From the NCBI RefSeq assembly GCF_036321535.1, contig NC_087436.1, forward strand, positions 65,846,001 through 65,910,000: a DNA stretch of 64,000 bases, read 5' to 3'. This DNA comes from Camelus dromedarius. Its lineage: Eukaryota. Within the stretch, counting starts at the first letter, position 1. Every line of letters begins with the position of its first letter. The notes beneath the pieces are model-generated. The model was not told the origin of the DNA, made no database searches, and was given only the letters and a program-made list of their open reading frames with translations. Positions 25,800 through 37,559 of the stretch are shown here, one piece after another. Both the position numbers and the translations under genes were made by a program.

Positions 25800-26046
25800 T
25801 TGAGAAATGGTGACAGTGATGGCAACAGGAGCCCAGCTGCACTGGCAGCATGATGTACCCAGTTATATAAGGAAATATTACAACTAGTTTTTCCCCTGGG
25901 GTTCATACTCCCTTGTTTCTGGCTTGCTCTGTGAAATTGATTCTCGAGTCTTGCATTGAATCTGTGGTATATCAAAAATCAACCAAGTTAATTTATTTTT
26001 CTTTAAGTTAACCAAAAATCTGTTTCTATTATTTTCAGCTAAGAAC
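25800..26046 (+). mobile_element. Old MaLR (MLT1-like) LTR fragment
   Basis: Tail ctttaagttaaccaaaaatctgtttctattattttcagctaagaac. Confidence 0.5.
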
Positions 26047-26198
26047 TGCAAATAAAACTCCATTACATATAACCACAAAGTATATGAAGGTACATCATGA
26101 AATATGCCAAACTCTTACACTGTTTTGAATACTAGGAATTATTTTTCTGTTCCTGTTTTAACTTAAAATATTTCTGTTCTTTATCCAAGAAATATATG

Positions 26199-26808
26199 TG
26201 TGGGATCCCATGATTGGATTAACAAATTGTAACAGATCCCAGCCGATTATCTCATTAAAGATGTGCTTAGTAACTGCCTTGAGGTTTTGGAACGACCCAG
26301 GCCCCCCGGCTATAAACGCTGAGAGTGCCTGCTGTTAGTCCTCTATCCCCAAAACAGCCTTGGCCTGGAATGGTAAACAACTTATAAAAAGCTGCAGACT
26401 CAGAGGGGAGAAGGCTGGTTAGCCAATGAAGGGTAAGATCCCCTGAGGGGGCAACCTAAGTTGGCACAACCGCCTAAGTCCAAGTTGTTAAGCAGCTGAT
26501 TCTCATATGTTCCGCCCTGATAAGCTGAAAGGCTCAACAGGAACATGATTCACCAAAAAGGGTCTTCTGACCTTGAGCCAAACACCAACAATAAATAAAG
26601 CCTTTGTACTCATTGTGATCCCACCAGTCCTTCACTAAATTCCTGCATTCCTCCTTTGACTGTACTCAATAAATATGAGAGATTTGAGAGGCTCGTGAAG
26701 TTGGCTCCCAACCCCCTCTCGCTCTCTTGACTTTTCCCCAGAGTCTTGAGTAATTCATTCCATCTCGGTGGGACTGAATTAGTCACTTAATTATTGTTAT
26801 CCCTAACC
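26199..26808 (+). mobile_element. Solo ERV LTR, 610 bp, ERV1-like (4-bp TSD)
   Basis: GC/CpG-richer island; starts TGTGGGAT and ends ATCCCTAACC (imperfect inverted ends); flanked by TATG at 26195-26198 and 26809-26812; TATAAAA 26383, CCAAT 26423, AATAAA 26590 and 26668. Confidence 0.8.
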
Positions 26809-26820
26809 TATGTTTTACAC

Positions 26821-28743
26821 TTTTTTTTTTAACCTTTCTTCATAATTTCTTTTTTTTTTTTTTAACATTTTTTATTGATCTATAATCATTTTACAATGTT
26901 GTGTCAAATTCCAGTGTTCAGCACAATTTTTCAGTTATTCACGGACATTTACACACTCATTGTCACATTTTTTTCTCTGTGAGTTATCATAACATTTTGT
27001 GTATATTTCCCTGTGCTATACAGTGTAGTCTATTCTACAATTTTGAAATCCCAGTCTATCCCTTCCCACCCTCCACCCCCCTGGTAACCATAAGTCTGTA
27101 TTCTCTGTCTGTGAGTCTATTTCTGTCCTTTTTTTTATGCTTTGTTTTTGTTTGTTTGTTTGTTTTTGTTTTTGTTTTTTAGATTCCACATATGAGCGAT
27201 CTCATATGGTATTTTTCTTTCTCTTTCTGGCTTACTTCACTTAGAATGACATTCTCCAGGAGCATCCATGTTGCTGCAAATGGCATTATGTTGTCGGTTT
27301 TTATGGCTGAGTAGTATTCCATTGTATAAATATACCACTTCTTCTTTATCCAGTCACCTGTTGATGGACATTTAGGCTGTTTCCATGTTTTGGCTATTGT
27401 AAATAGTGCTGCTATGAACACTGGGGTGCAGGTGTCTTTTTGAAGTAGGGTTCCTTCTGGATATATGCCCAGGAGTGGGATTCCTGGGTCATACGGTAAG
27501 TCTATTCCTAATCTTTTGAGGAATCTCCATACTGTTTTCCACAGTGGCTGCACCAAACTGCATTCCCACCAGCAGTGTAGGAGGGTTCCCCTTTCTCCAC
27601 AGCCTCTCCGCATTTGTCATTTGTGGATTTTTGAATGACGGCCATTCTGACTGGTGTGAGGTGATACCTCATTGTAGTTTTGATTTGCATTTCTCTGATA
27701 ATTAGTGATATTGAGCATTTTTTCATGTGCTTTTTGATCATTTGTATGTCTTCCTTGGAGAATTGCTTGTTTAGGTCTTCTGCCCATTTTTGGATTGGGT
27801 TGTTTATTTTTTTCTTATTGAGTTGTATGAGCTGCATATATTTTCTGGAGATCAAGCCTTTGTCGGTTTCACTTGCAAAAATTTTCTCCCATTCCGTAGG
27901 TTTTCTTCTTGTTTTATTTCTGGTTTCCTTTGCTGTGCAGAAGCTTGTAAGTTTCATTAGGTCCCATTTGTTTATTCTTGCTTTTATTTCTTCTAGGAGA
28001 AAATTTTTTAAATGTATGTCAGATAATGTTTTGCCTATGTTTTCCTCTAGGAGGTTTATTGTATCTTGTCTTATGTTTAAGTCTTTAATCCATTTTGAGT
28101 TGATTTTTGTATATGGTGTAAGGGAGTGTTCTAGCTTCATTGTTTTACATGCTGCTGCCCAGTTTTCCCAACACCATTTGCTGAAGAGACTGTCTTTATT
28201 CCAATGTATATTCTTGCCTCCTTTGTCAAAGATGAGTTGACCAAAAGTTTGTGCGTTCATTTCTGGGCTCTCTATTCTGTTCCATTGGTCTATATGTCTG
28301 TTTTTGTACCAATACCATGCTGTCTTGATGACTGTAGCTCTATAGTATTGTCTGAAGTCTGGAAGAGTTATTCCTCCAGCCTCTTTCTTTCTCTTCAGTA
28401 ATGCTTTGGCAATTCTAGGTCTTTGATGGTTCCATATGAATTTTATTATGATTTTTTCTAGTTCTGTGAAATATGTCCTGGGCAATTGGATAGGGATTGC
28501 ATTAAATCTATAGATTGCCTTGGGCAGTGTGACCATTTTAACAATATTGATTCTTCCAATCCAAGAGCATGGAATATCTTTCCATTTTTTAAAGTCTTCT
28601 TTAATTTCCTTCATCAATGGTTTATAGTTTTCTGTGTATAATTCTTTCACCTCCTTGGTTAGATTTATTCCCAGATATTTTATTACTTTGGGTGCTATTT
28701 TAAAGGGGACTGTTTCTTTACTTTCTTCTTCTGTTGATTTATC
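26821..28743 (-). mobile_element. Young 5'-truncated LINE-1 (~1.9 kb): 3' part of ORF2, 3' UTR, poly(A)
   Basis: Two overlapping ORFs encode L1 ORF2; 3' UTR 26864-27178 with AATAAA; poly-T at 26850-26863 and 26821-26830; candidate TSD tacactt at 26816-26822 and 28744-28750. Confidence 0.97.
27179..28743 (-). pseudogene. L1 ORF2p C-terminal ~520 codons (end of RT region to Cys-rich domain) with one frameshift
   Basis: [62 protein letters not shown]; 1-nt loss near 27610; no endonuclease domain or FADD motif. Confidence 0.95.
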
Positions 28744-29170
28744 TACACTTCTATAAAATCTATATACACCATACATTTTATCATACTTGTTTGTGACTTT
28801 AATTTTCCCTCCCTTTTAAACTATACACTTCGGTGGGCAAGAGCTATGCATCATTGATATGTGTATGTGTCTGAAGATATACTAGGGCACCTATTTGAAT
28901 TTAGGGACTTGGTTGAATTGCATAATGAAGAATTTCATACATGTTCACTATCCAATAAATAACAGCAGATGACTAAACATATATTTTTTCAGAAATCTAT
29001 GAGTTTATATTATTTGAAAATCCCTATAATAATATTATTAAATATTTCCTATCATGATGTAAGGCAAAAGTAGTGAAAAAAGGCAATACATGAAGTGAAT
29101 GTTATAATTTCTAATTTCCTAAGTGTTACCGTAAAACCACTACCATGATTAAATTTAAAAATATTGGATT

Positions 29171-29378
29171 TGGGAGTTTAAGATTTGCAAATGCTAGCCA
29201 CTGTATATAAAAATAGATTAAAACAACAAATTTCTTCTGTATAGCACAGGGAACTATATCCAATATCTTATAATAACCTTTACTGAAAAAGAATATGAAA
29301 ACAAATATGACTGGGATGTTTTTCTGTACACCAGAAATTGGCACATTGTAACTGACTATACTGCCATTTAAAAAAAAA
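29171..29378 (+). mobile_element. Short L1 3' UTR insertion
   Basis: tgtatagcacagggaactatatccaatatc...tgtacaccagaaattggcacattgtaactgactatac followed by an A tail; attgga on both flanks. Confidence 0.88.
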
Positions 29379-30089
29379 GAAAATTGGACAATGGAATTTG
29401 AAAATTAAAGTTTTACTTATAGATACATTTAGTATACACTCAGCATAAAATAATGTGGAACTAATCATAATTATCATATCAGAATCCCCTTGCTTTCTAT
29501 TTCACATCTAGCCTATTAGCCAAATTATGATGTCTCACTCTAATATTACTAAAAGTTGATCTTTTGCTTAAAAAATATTGCAAAAACTGTGCATATACAT
29601 CATTATGCAGATATACCAATGTATACTTGGGATTAATGTATGAAACTGATATTAACCAGTTGATTGACATAGTTGTTTCACAAAATGAATACTCATCTGT
29701 CTTTGCACATTTTTATCTTTTCAATTTTCTTCAGACCAAATTCACTTCCTACAGAGCCTTCCTAATTTTATATTCTACAAATTGGTTTATAAAAACAGGA
29801 AATAAAAATAAATGCATTAGAGACTAAACAATGTCTATATAAATGTATAGCCTACATCTGAACTGATTCAAGACAAATTTATGTGTTTGCTATGCAGCCA
29901 ATTGTATTCATTACTTAGAGAACATCAACCAACTCAAACACTTTCTCTTCTATTTTCTAATATTTATATCTGATTTTTAACAATTCAAAAATAACATCAG
30001 TGAGTCACAGAATTTCAAATTGATCTTCCTCTTTCCCTTGTAGTAAGAAAGTGATAAAGGTGACCAATATTCAAAAGAAACACTTTCAG

Positions 30090-30205
30090 ACACACCTGAG
30101 TTTATGTTAATGAGGTGACATCTGTAAAGTACCTAAGGATGAGGCTAGTAGTCATGGGAACCAACCACGTGATTGGAGGGATGGAACTTTCAATCTGATC
30201 CCCCT
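30090..30205. mobile_element. MER21-like LTR fragment
   Basis: acacctgagtttatgttaatgaggtgac...accaaccacgtgattggagggatggaactttca. Confidence 0.65.
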
Positions 30206-30649
30206 GAATTATTATGGTAAGAATATCAATTTGAAATTCTGTATCCCATTGATGTTATTCTCTTAATATTAAAAATTAAATATAAATATCAGGAAATAGA
30301 AGGAAGTGATTGGGTTGAATACGCGTCTTGATAACAAAGTATCCATAACCTATCAATGTATAAAACACCATAGAATCTTGACTTTACAGAGTTTTTTATT
30401 TCCAATAGTGATAAACACAAGTTATGTTATACTCAACTGAATATTATAGAGCTATTGAAAACCTACTGTGAAAGATAATATAGCAACTTGTAATGTATAT
30501 GCAATCAATTAACTATGGAAAAAATCAGGACTCAAAACTATAACAAACTTTAAATATATAAACATGCAAATGATGAAGACTACAAGAGAAAAATGCAATA
30601 TGCTATTATAACTTACCTATTAAAATGGTGTGGTAATGGGTAAAGGTGT

Positions 30650-31962
30650 TTTCTTTTTTTTTTTTTTTCTTGTGTTGAGATTTACTCCTTTAGCAACTTT
30701 CAAATATACAATACAGTATTATTAAAAAGTCACTGTGCTGTATATTACATCTACATGATTTATTTATTTATAACTGTAAGTTTTTATGTTTTGACCACGT
30801 TACCCATTTTGCCTACCCCACCCCACCCCCTGCCTCTTTTGTATGACTTTCTAGTTTTCCCAACACCACTTATTGGAGAGACTGTCTTTTCCCATTGTAC
30901 ATTCAGTGACTTCTTTGTTGTAAATTAATTGATCTTGTATGTATGAATTTATTTCTAGGATCTCTATTCTATTTCATCAATCTATGTGTCTGCTTTTGCC
31001 AATTCCATACTGTTTTGATTGCAACAGTTTTATAATATAGTTTGAAGTCTGAAAGCATGACACCTATAGCTTTTTTTTTCCCCCTCAAGATTACTTTGAC
31101 TGTTCTGGGTCTTTGTGGTTCCAAATAAATTTTAGATTTGTTTATTCTATTTCGGTGAAAAATGTTATTGGAATTTTGAAGGAATTGGATTGAATATGTA
31201 GATTGCTTTGGGTGGCATGGATTTTTTGAAGTTTACTTGATTTATAATATTATACTAGTTTCAGGCACACTGCATAGTGATTCAGTATTTTTACAGATTA
31301 TACTCCATTAAAATTTATTACAAGATAATGGCTGTAGTTTGGTTTGGATGTTTTGAAATCCAACTTATCAATTCTTCCAATCCGTGAGCATGGCATATCT
31401 TCCCATTTATTTGTGTCTTCAATTTATTTCATCAGCATCTTAAAGTTTTCAGTGTACAAGACTTTTGCCTCTTTGGTAAATTTATTCCTAGGTATTTTAT
31501 TCTTTCTGATACAATTATTAATGAGGTTGTCTTCTTAATTTCTCTCTGTGATAGTTTCTTATTAGTGTATAGAAACACAACAGATTTTTGCATATTGATT
31601 TTGTATTCTGCAACTTTACTGAATTTGTTGCTTAGTATTTGGTGGAGTCTTTAGGTTTTTCTACATATAATACATCATGTGCAAATAGTGACTATTTCAC
31701 TTTCTTTCCAATTTGGATTGATGACTTTTACTTATTTTTCTTACCTAATTACTCTAGCTAGGATTTCCAATACTATGTTGAATAAAAGTGATGAGAGTAG
31801 GCATCCTTTTCTTGTTTCTGATCATAAAAGAAAAACATTCAGCTTTTCACTATTGAGTACGATGTTGGCTGTTGGTTTGCCATATATGGCTTTTATTAGG
31901 TTGAGGTATGTTCCCTCTCTACCTACTTTGTTGAGAGTTTTTATCATAAATGGATGTTGAAT
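30650..31962 (-). mobile_element. Older L1 (L1MA-like tail plus ORF2) with an internal deletion at ~30837 and a nested short L1 tail at ~31222-31338
   Basis: Poly-T and tail, jump to ttttcccaacaccacttattggagagactg, ORF2 antisense to ttttatcataaatggatgttgaat. Confidence 0.85.
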
Positions 31963-32639
31963 GGGCTGAAGTTTTATTTTTTAAATTTATCTTTATTTTC
32001 TTCCACATCCTTTGTTTTAATAACTTTTCATCATCTAGATAAGAGTCTCTTTTTTAAAAATTACTTTGTGTTCATTGCTTTTTATTACTTAGAAATTGAG
32101 GGTAAACATAAAAAAGGTAAGTTTAAAAGTTCTTGTGTTTACTTTATAATAGGAAATTCTAACCCATCCCCATCTTCTTAGGCAATTATATCTGAAAGAA
32201 TACTGGTGTGCTCTGCATTCAGTAGGTAGCATAGGGTTAAAGGCACTAAGTCATTTACTGGGTCAGGACCCTCTTTCTGCGAAGCTTTGGTAGATAAGAG
32301 TTCTTGACAGACAGCTGGTTTTGATCCCTACTGCATAGCTGAAGCTGCACAAATCTTACCCGAGGAATATACTGACATTTCCTACAGATACAGACACTTT
32401 AGATTTCTTGGGGCAAGTGAATTTCTAGTGAAATTATTAGAAATTGACTCCTTTACCTGTAAAGAGATGGGCTCTTCTGAGGAAAATCAATGTGTTTAGG
32501 TAGTGCTTTTCAATGAGAGCAGGAGTCTTACTCTGAAGATCTGAGAAACTCAATCCATTCAAACAGGAACTGTTGGAACTACACATAGTTCCTAAAAAAC
32601 AGCTAATTACAGGTATCATCTTCTAAACAACTATACAAT

Positions 32640-32785
32640 TCACTTATTATTGTATGTCTGTCTTTTACAAATACTAAAATTTAAGTTCCAGAAAATCAGA
32701 AAAATATTCACTAATGCATTCCAAGTACCAAGGACAATTTCTGGAACGTAAGATGTGATCAGCAAACATTTGTTGAATGTATTAA
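32640..32785 (+). mobile_element. L2 3' tail
   Basis: ...ctggaacgtaagatgtgatcagcaaacatttgttgaatg. Confidence 0.6.
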
Positions 32786-32969
32786 ATCTGTCTTCTTTCA
32801 TGTTTTACAAGAAGTAATCATTGTTTATCACCTTTATTGCTGACTGTATATTACGCTTCTGTTCTATGGTGTAGTCAATGACAGAGTCCAGGCAGTGTCC
32901 TTGAGAGTGGGTATGTGACACAAGTTTATGACAGTGTTTATTATAATTAAAGAACTTTACACTGACATA

Positions 32970-33240
32970 CGTAGTTTGTCAGTCCAACATCCAATTTTCC
33001 TTAATCTGGTAATAGAACCTCTAAGTTTTTCATGAAGAAATACTTTTTTTCATCTGTGCCAGTTCTAGATATATATATGGGGTCAAGATATAGTCCCAAT
33101 TAGCTAGGAGTGGGCATGTGTTCAGGGCCTGAATAATCAGATTAACATGAATAGGTCATGAAGAAGCAAGTGACCCAATTCATGCCAAAGTCATTGAGGC
33201 TTAAAAGGAATTATTGAAAAATGTGCAATCTCTTTTACGC
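32970..33240 (+). mobile_element. MLT1-like LTR 5' fragment
   Basis: ctggtaatagaacc, gggcatgtg, gtgacccaa motifs. Confidence 0.5.
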
Positions 33241-34439
33241 TACTTTCAGCAACTCTGGAATTTCTAATTCAAACTTTTCAGACTCTAATCATATATTTAT
33301 ATCTCTCCAGACCTCTGTTCTTTCTACTGCACATGTTTATGACTTCATAAGTATTTCCATTTTGTGAATTCTTTAATTTATTCCACATAAAGGAATCCTA
33401 TCCCTTCTCTTCTCTCTCTAAACCAGCACTCATGTTTTTGTCAATACTCTCAACATAGTCCCATTATTGTCTTATTATCATTCTATACAGCATACTATAA
33501 CATCTAGCTTCTGGATCAATTAAATTGCTTCCATTCACTGCAACTATGCAATTATTTATTAATGCACAGACTGATGTCTTTAGTATATTTTGTCTCGATT
33601 CTGAAATATGTCTTTAAAACTGTCCCCAGGTCTTTCATTTACCTAGTCAACGTTCTTTCCCATTAACAAACTAGAATTTTCCAATATGTTCCCCTCTATT
33701 TGAATCATCTCCCAATTATAGCTACAATCACTGTCAAAAGACTCCTTAGTATTTTGCTTCAGGGAGAAAAGATGGAACTCTTAATTTCTTACATACTATC
33801 CATAAATATCAACATCTGTCTTCCCTTTTTATTTCCTGTCATAATGGCACAGGTGTTCTTGTATAAAGCTAAAATGGCAACTTGAGGTCTGGACCTCATA
33901 CCTAACTTCTTCAACAGAAATATCACTTCATTAAATATCTCCTAGTTTTCTAAATCTCTCAAACAACATTCACCAAAAATTACTGAATTTCTACCTTTAG
34001 CCTGGCAGTGGGCTAAGAAGTAGAATAGTGAGACCAAGCAAAATCAATCTTGACTTGTGAAACATATTCCCTGGTTTGATGAGTTAAACAATATTCAAAT
34101 AATCACACATGAACAATTTCAAAATGTAAATTTCTATGAAATTTCAGATTTAGGAGCTCATTTGATAAATATTTTAATTAAGTAGGACCTCAGGGAGGCT
34201 TCCTTAAAGAAGCAATTTTTCAGCTCTGGTAACAAAAGAGAACAGGCAATTTTGAAAAGATGTTGAGAGGAAGTGGATTTCCAAAGCAAGAAATAAACGA
34301 ATAGTTGGAGGGGACATGGCATTCTAATAGAAAAATATAGTCATAAAGAGTCCAAGATGACTGAAATGCAGAAAATTAAGAGATCTGTGGATGCTAGAGC
34401 TGGGGAAGTAGATCCAAATCAACTAAATGCCAGGTTATT

Positions 34440-34940
34440 GTATCATCAAGTTTCAGTGCTTGGAACAGAAATCATTCTGTATATTTCAAAAATGGAGAGC
34501 TAACACAGGAAATTAGGAGCTTTAAAGGCTCTTGGAGTTGCTGGAGAAATATCAGTCAGACCTGTTGCCATATGACAATACAGCTCATCTTTCATGGCAG
34601 CTTTCCAAAGACCAGAAAGTATGGGTCTCTGACACTGGTACTATTGCCTCAATTAAACATGTATCTAGACATGAAATGCCACACTGGTCATCACAATCAC
34701 GAAATTCTCTCAAAACTTTTCTGTCAACATCACAGCATCAGGCTGTGTTAAAGCATTTTATTTTGAAATTCCCTTCCTGTTTCATGGAAGCATATTTCAG
34801 TGACAGAACATGATTCCTTTCTTAAGCCCACACTGCTAATTAACCTAGGAAATGTAAATGTTTAGATTCATTCATTGAAGTTCAGGAAGGTGTTTGGAAC
34901 TAGTTGAGAATGGATTCTGAATGACAATATACCATAAACC
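34440..34940 (-). mobile_element. Old MaLR-like LTR
   Basis: ggaacagaaatcattct...aggaaattagg...ctaggaaatgtaaat. Confidence 0.45.
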
Positions 34941-35229
34941 AAACACTACCTAAAATATCTTGACTTTTAATCCTAAAGCCATAAAATCCATTATGGAGTT
35001 TTAATATATTATCAGGTTTTCTTTGGGGAAATACGAGGGTTTATCATGGAGAATGGCTTAAAGAGATCCAGAATGGTTTCTGAAAAGTAGTTTGGAAGTT
35101 TTTATAATGTTGGTCAAAGCTGAGAAATGATAGCAAACTATATTTATGGTATTATGGTATGGCCATGTAAATAAAAGAAACCACAATTTTTTTAAAACAG
35201 TAAGGGAATAAAACTGGTAAGACTTGGCA

Positions 35230-35693
35230 TTTATTAGTTTGGTTTTCTCAAAGTAGATCCTTAGACAAAGGCTTAAGTGCAAGAGCTTCTTTGGATGTGA
35301 TTCAGAGAATTACTGAAGTAGGGGATGAGATGAGAGAGAAATGGAAACCCTTTCAGGTGTGTTATTAAAAAATACTCCCGTGTATTTTTGTAATGTAATG
35401 TAACCCATTGCTGCTGGGTTCTCTAGGAGACAGTGTAGAGAATTCTTCATCATTGTCCTATGCAAGTGTAAAGGATACTGGAGAATTAATCTTCCAAATT
35501 CCATCCATCATTATCTGAAAGCTTCTTCTAAATTATTCACTTTCTAGCACTTCTAGCCTGCCCCACATGTGGTCTGAGTGTGCCAGAAAAAGACTTCAGG
35601 TGATGAGTCACAGGCACTTGCAATAGGCAAGAGCATAAATGAGAATGATAATAGCTGTGAGAAAATGGACAGGGAAGTAACAGCATCTGCTAC
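35230..35693 (-). mobile_element. ERVL LTR (LTR33/LTR16-like)
   Basis: agatccttagacaaaggcttaagtgcaag...ggagacagtgtaga...agcatctgctac. Confidence 0.7.
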
Positions 35694-35984
35694 CAAAATA
35701 AATTGGATACAGATTTATAGAAGAAAGTATCAAAGATGGCTTCAAAGTTTATATTTTGTACAACAGAAAAGACACAGGTGACTTTTACTAACAACAGAAA
35801 ACCATGTATAAAGAGAGATTAAAAGCACACTATTGGAAATAGTGGGTTTGAAGTGCTACTGACAGATCTGTAAAGAGATGTCAAGTAGGAACCTGAATGT
35901 ATGAATTATGATCTCAGCTATGAGATATGAGATGGAAATTTACATTCTTTAGATATTAAAGCCATAAATGCGTACAAGGGTCAT

Positions 35985-36960
35985 TATGGCTGATGTCACT
36001 GTCTTGATCACATTCCCTTAGCCAGGACTGTGCACCCATTCCCCAGTTAGTTAGTTAGTTAGTTGTTTGTTTGTTTAAGCTAAGAGCTCACAGATGTGAC
36101 CCATCCATAGAATTTTCCTAAACTAGAATCAGCTTGCTCACCACAGAATTGATGCAGCACCACAAGGATGGCCCATAACATACCCACTTACACCATGTTC
36201 CACGCTCTGGCCATGGTTAAATTTCATTTGGAACAATATTCTTACTCATTTTTTCCTTCTTCACATTTCTACATTACTACCCAATCATGTACATGATTGT
36301 CTTATGAACAATCTGTAAATAAATCATGTGCACCTTAATTGCTGTCTCACATAAGTAAAATGCATAAGCAGGTGGCACAGAGGCCTGTATCACCTACCAT
36401 TATAGTTCTGTTCTTCAAACTCAGCTCACACCTCTGGTCTCCTGGATGGTTTATTGTGAATTTCTGACAGAAGAGAAAATATCTCAGGTTTAGTTTATTC
36501 ATGTGTTGCCTGGGGATGTAGGTGGAAAGGTGAGAATGACCAGTTTCTGAAACACAACTCCACTCAGAGACTGCCATGGAAGGCAGTTACGAAAGAAAAT
36601 CCTTTGTGTTATCAGTCTTAGAAATTCACCTGGTCCTTTACACTCTGTGAAGAGGAAAATGACATTACTTAAAACTATATACAGAGGCACAGGCAGTGGC
36701 AAATGACTAAGCTGATCTGAAGTTTGAAAGGGTAAAGATTGGAAGATTGAGGACAGAGATAAATGGATCATCCTACTGGAGGTGACACAAGGTTTGAAGA
36801 TCTTTCTATGGAAACTTACCCCTCACCAGAGATCAGACAGCACAGAAGAAATAAACAAAATGGACATGATCACTCACCTAAATGATACCTGTTACTTTTT
36901 GCATTGGCTACATCAGTGCTCTCAAAAGGGCACGAAGCCTTGGCAGCAGAGATGGGTGTT
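35985..36960 (+). mobile_element. LTR16-like LTR (~35985-36350) plus ERVL internal remnant
   Basis: tgtgcacccattcccca, ataaatcatgtgcac...tgtctca; then acaactccactcagagactgcc...ggaagattgaggacagag. Confidence 0.55.
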
Positions 36961-37559
36961 ACCGATGAAAAACTGGAGAAAGTGAGTTCTTACACATTCT
37001 GGATTTTGACCCTGCCTCATTAGAATTGGTCACAAAAGTCATCAGTGACATTCTAGTCATAAAATCCAATAATAATTCTATTTCTGTTCCTATGAACTTC
37101 CAATAGATTTGAGAATATTTAGCACTCTACCTTTGTTGAGTTCTTTATTTTTGACATTTAATGAACTGTACAAGTTTTCTTTCTTCATCTCTAGAATTAG
37201 TTATTCTTTTTGAAGATGGATGTTTTCAGAGTCCTTTCTAGGCATTTCTTACTCCCAATAATTTGGAGGTTATTATGGCCAAGATTTTAATCAGATTTTA
37301 AAAGATAAAATCAGATTGAATAAGATTCTAATAAGCTCTATTATTCATTATTGAGAGAATTTTATGAGATATGAGAAACAGATATAGTAATTGCCATGCA
37401 GAGATAGAAGAGAGGGACTTTATTTGTAATGTCTGGGGTGCCGTGGTTGAGGGTAGTGGAGCAGAGAGGTGGGTTAGGGGTTTGGGGGGATATTCTCACA
37501 GGATACTTCTAATTTTTTTTTTACATGGTCATATGTCGTATTACTAATAAAATTTTAAA

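Noticed and set aside
27680..28401. Plus-strand 186-aa and 65-aa ORFs
   Set aside because: Antisense shadow frames of L1 ORF2
27508..28776. 422-aa ORF as a functional gene
   Set aside because: It is truncated L1 ORF2; the first ~11 codons come from flanking DNA and the last ~33 are out of frame
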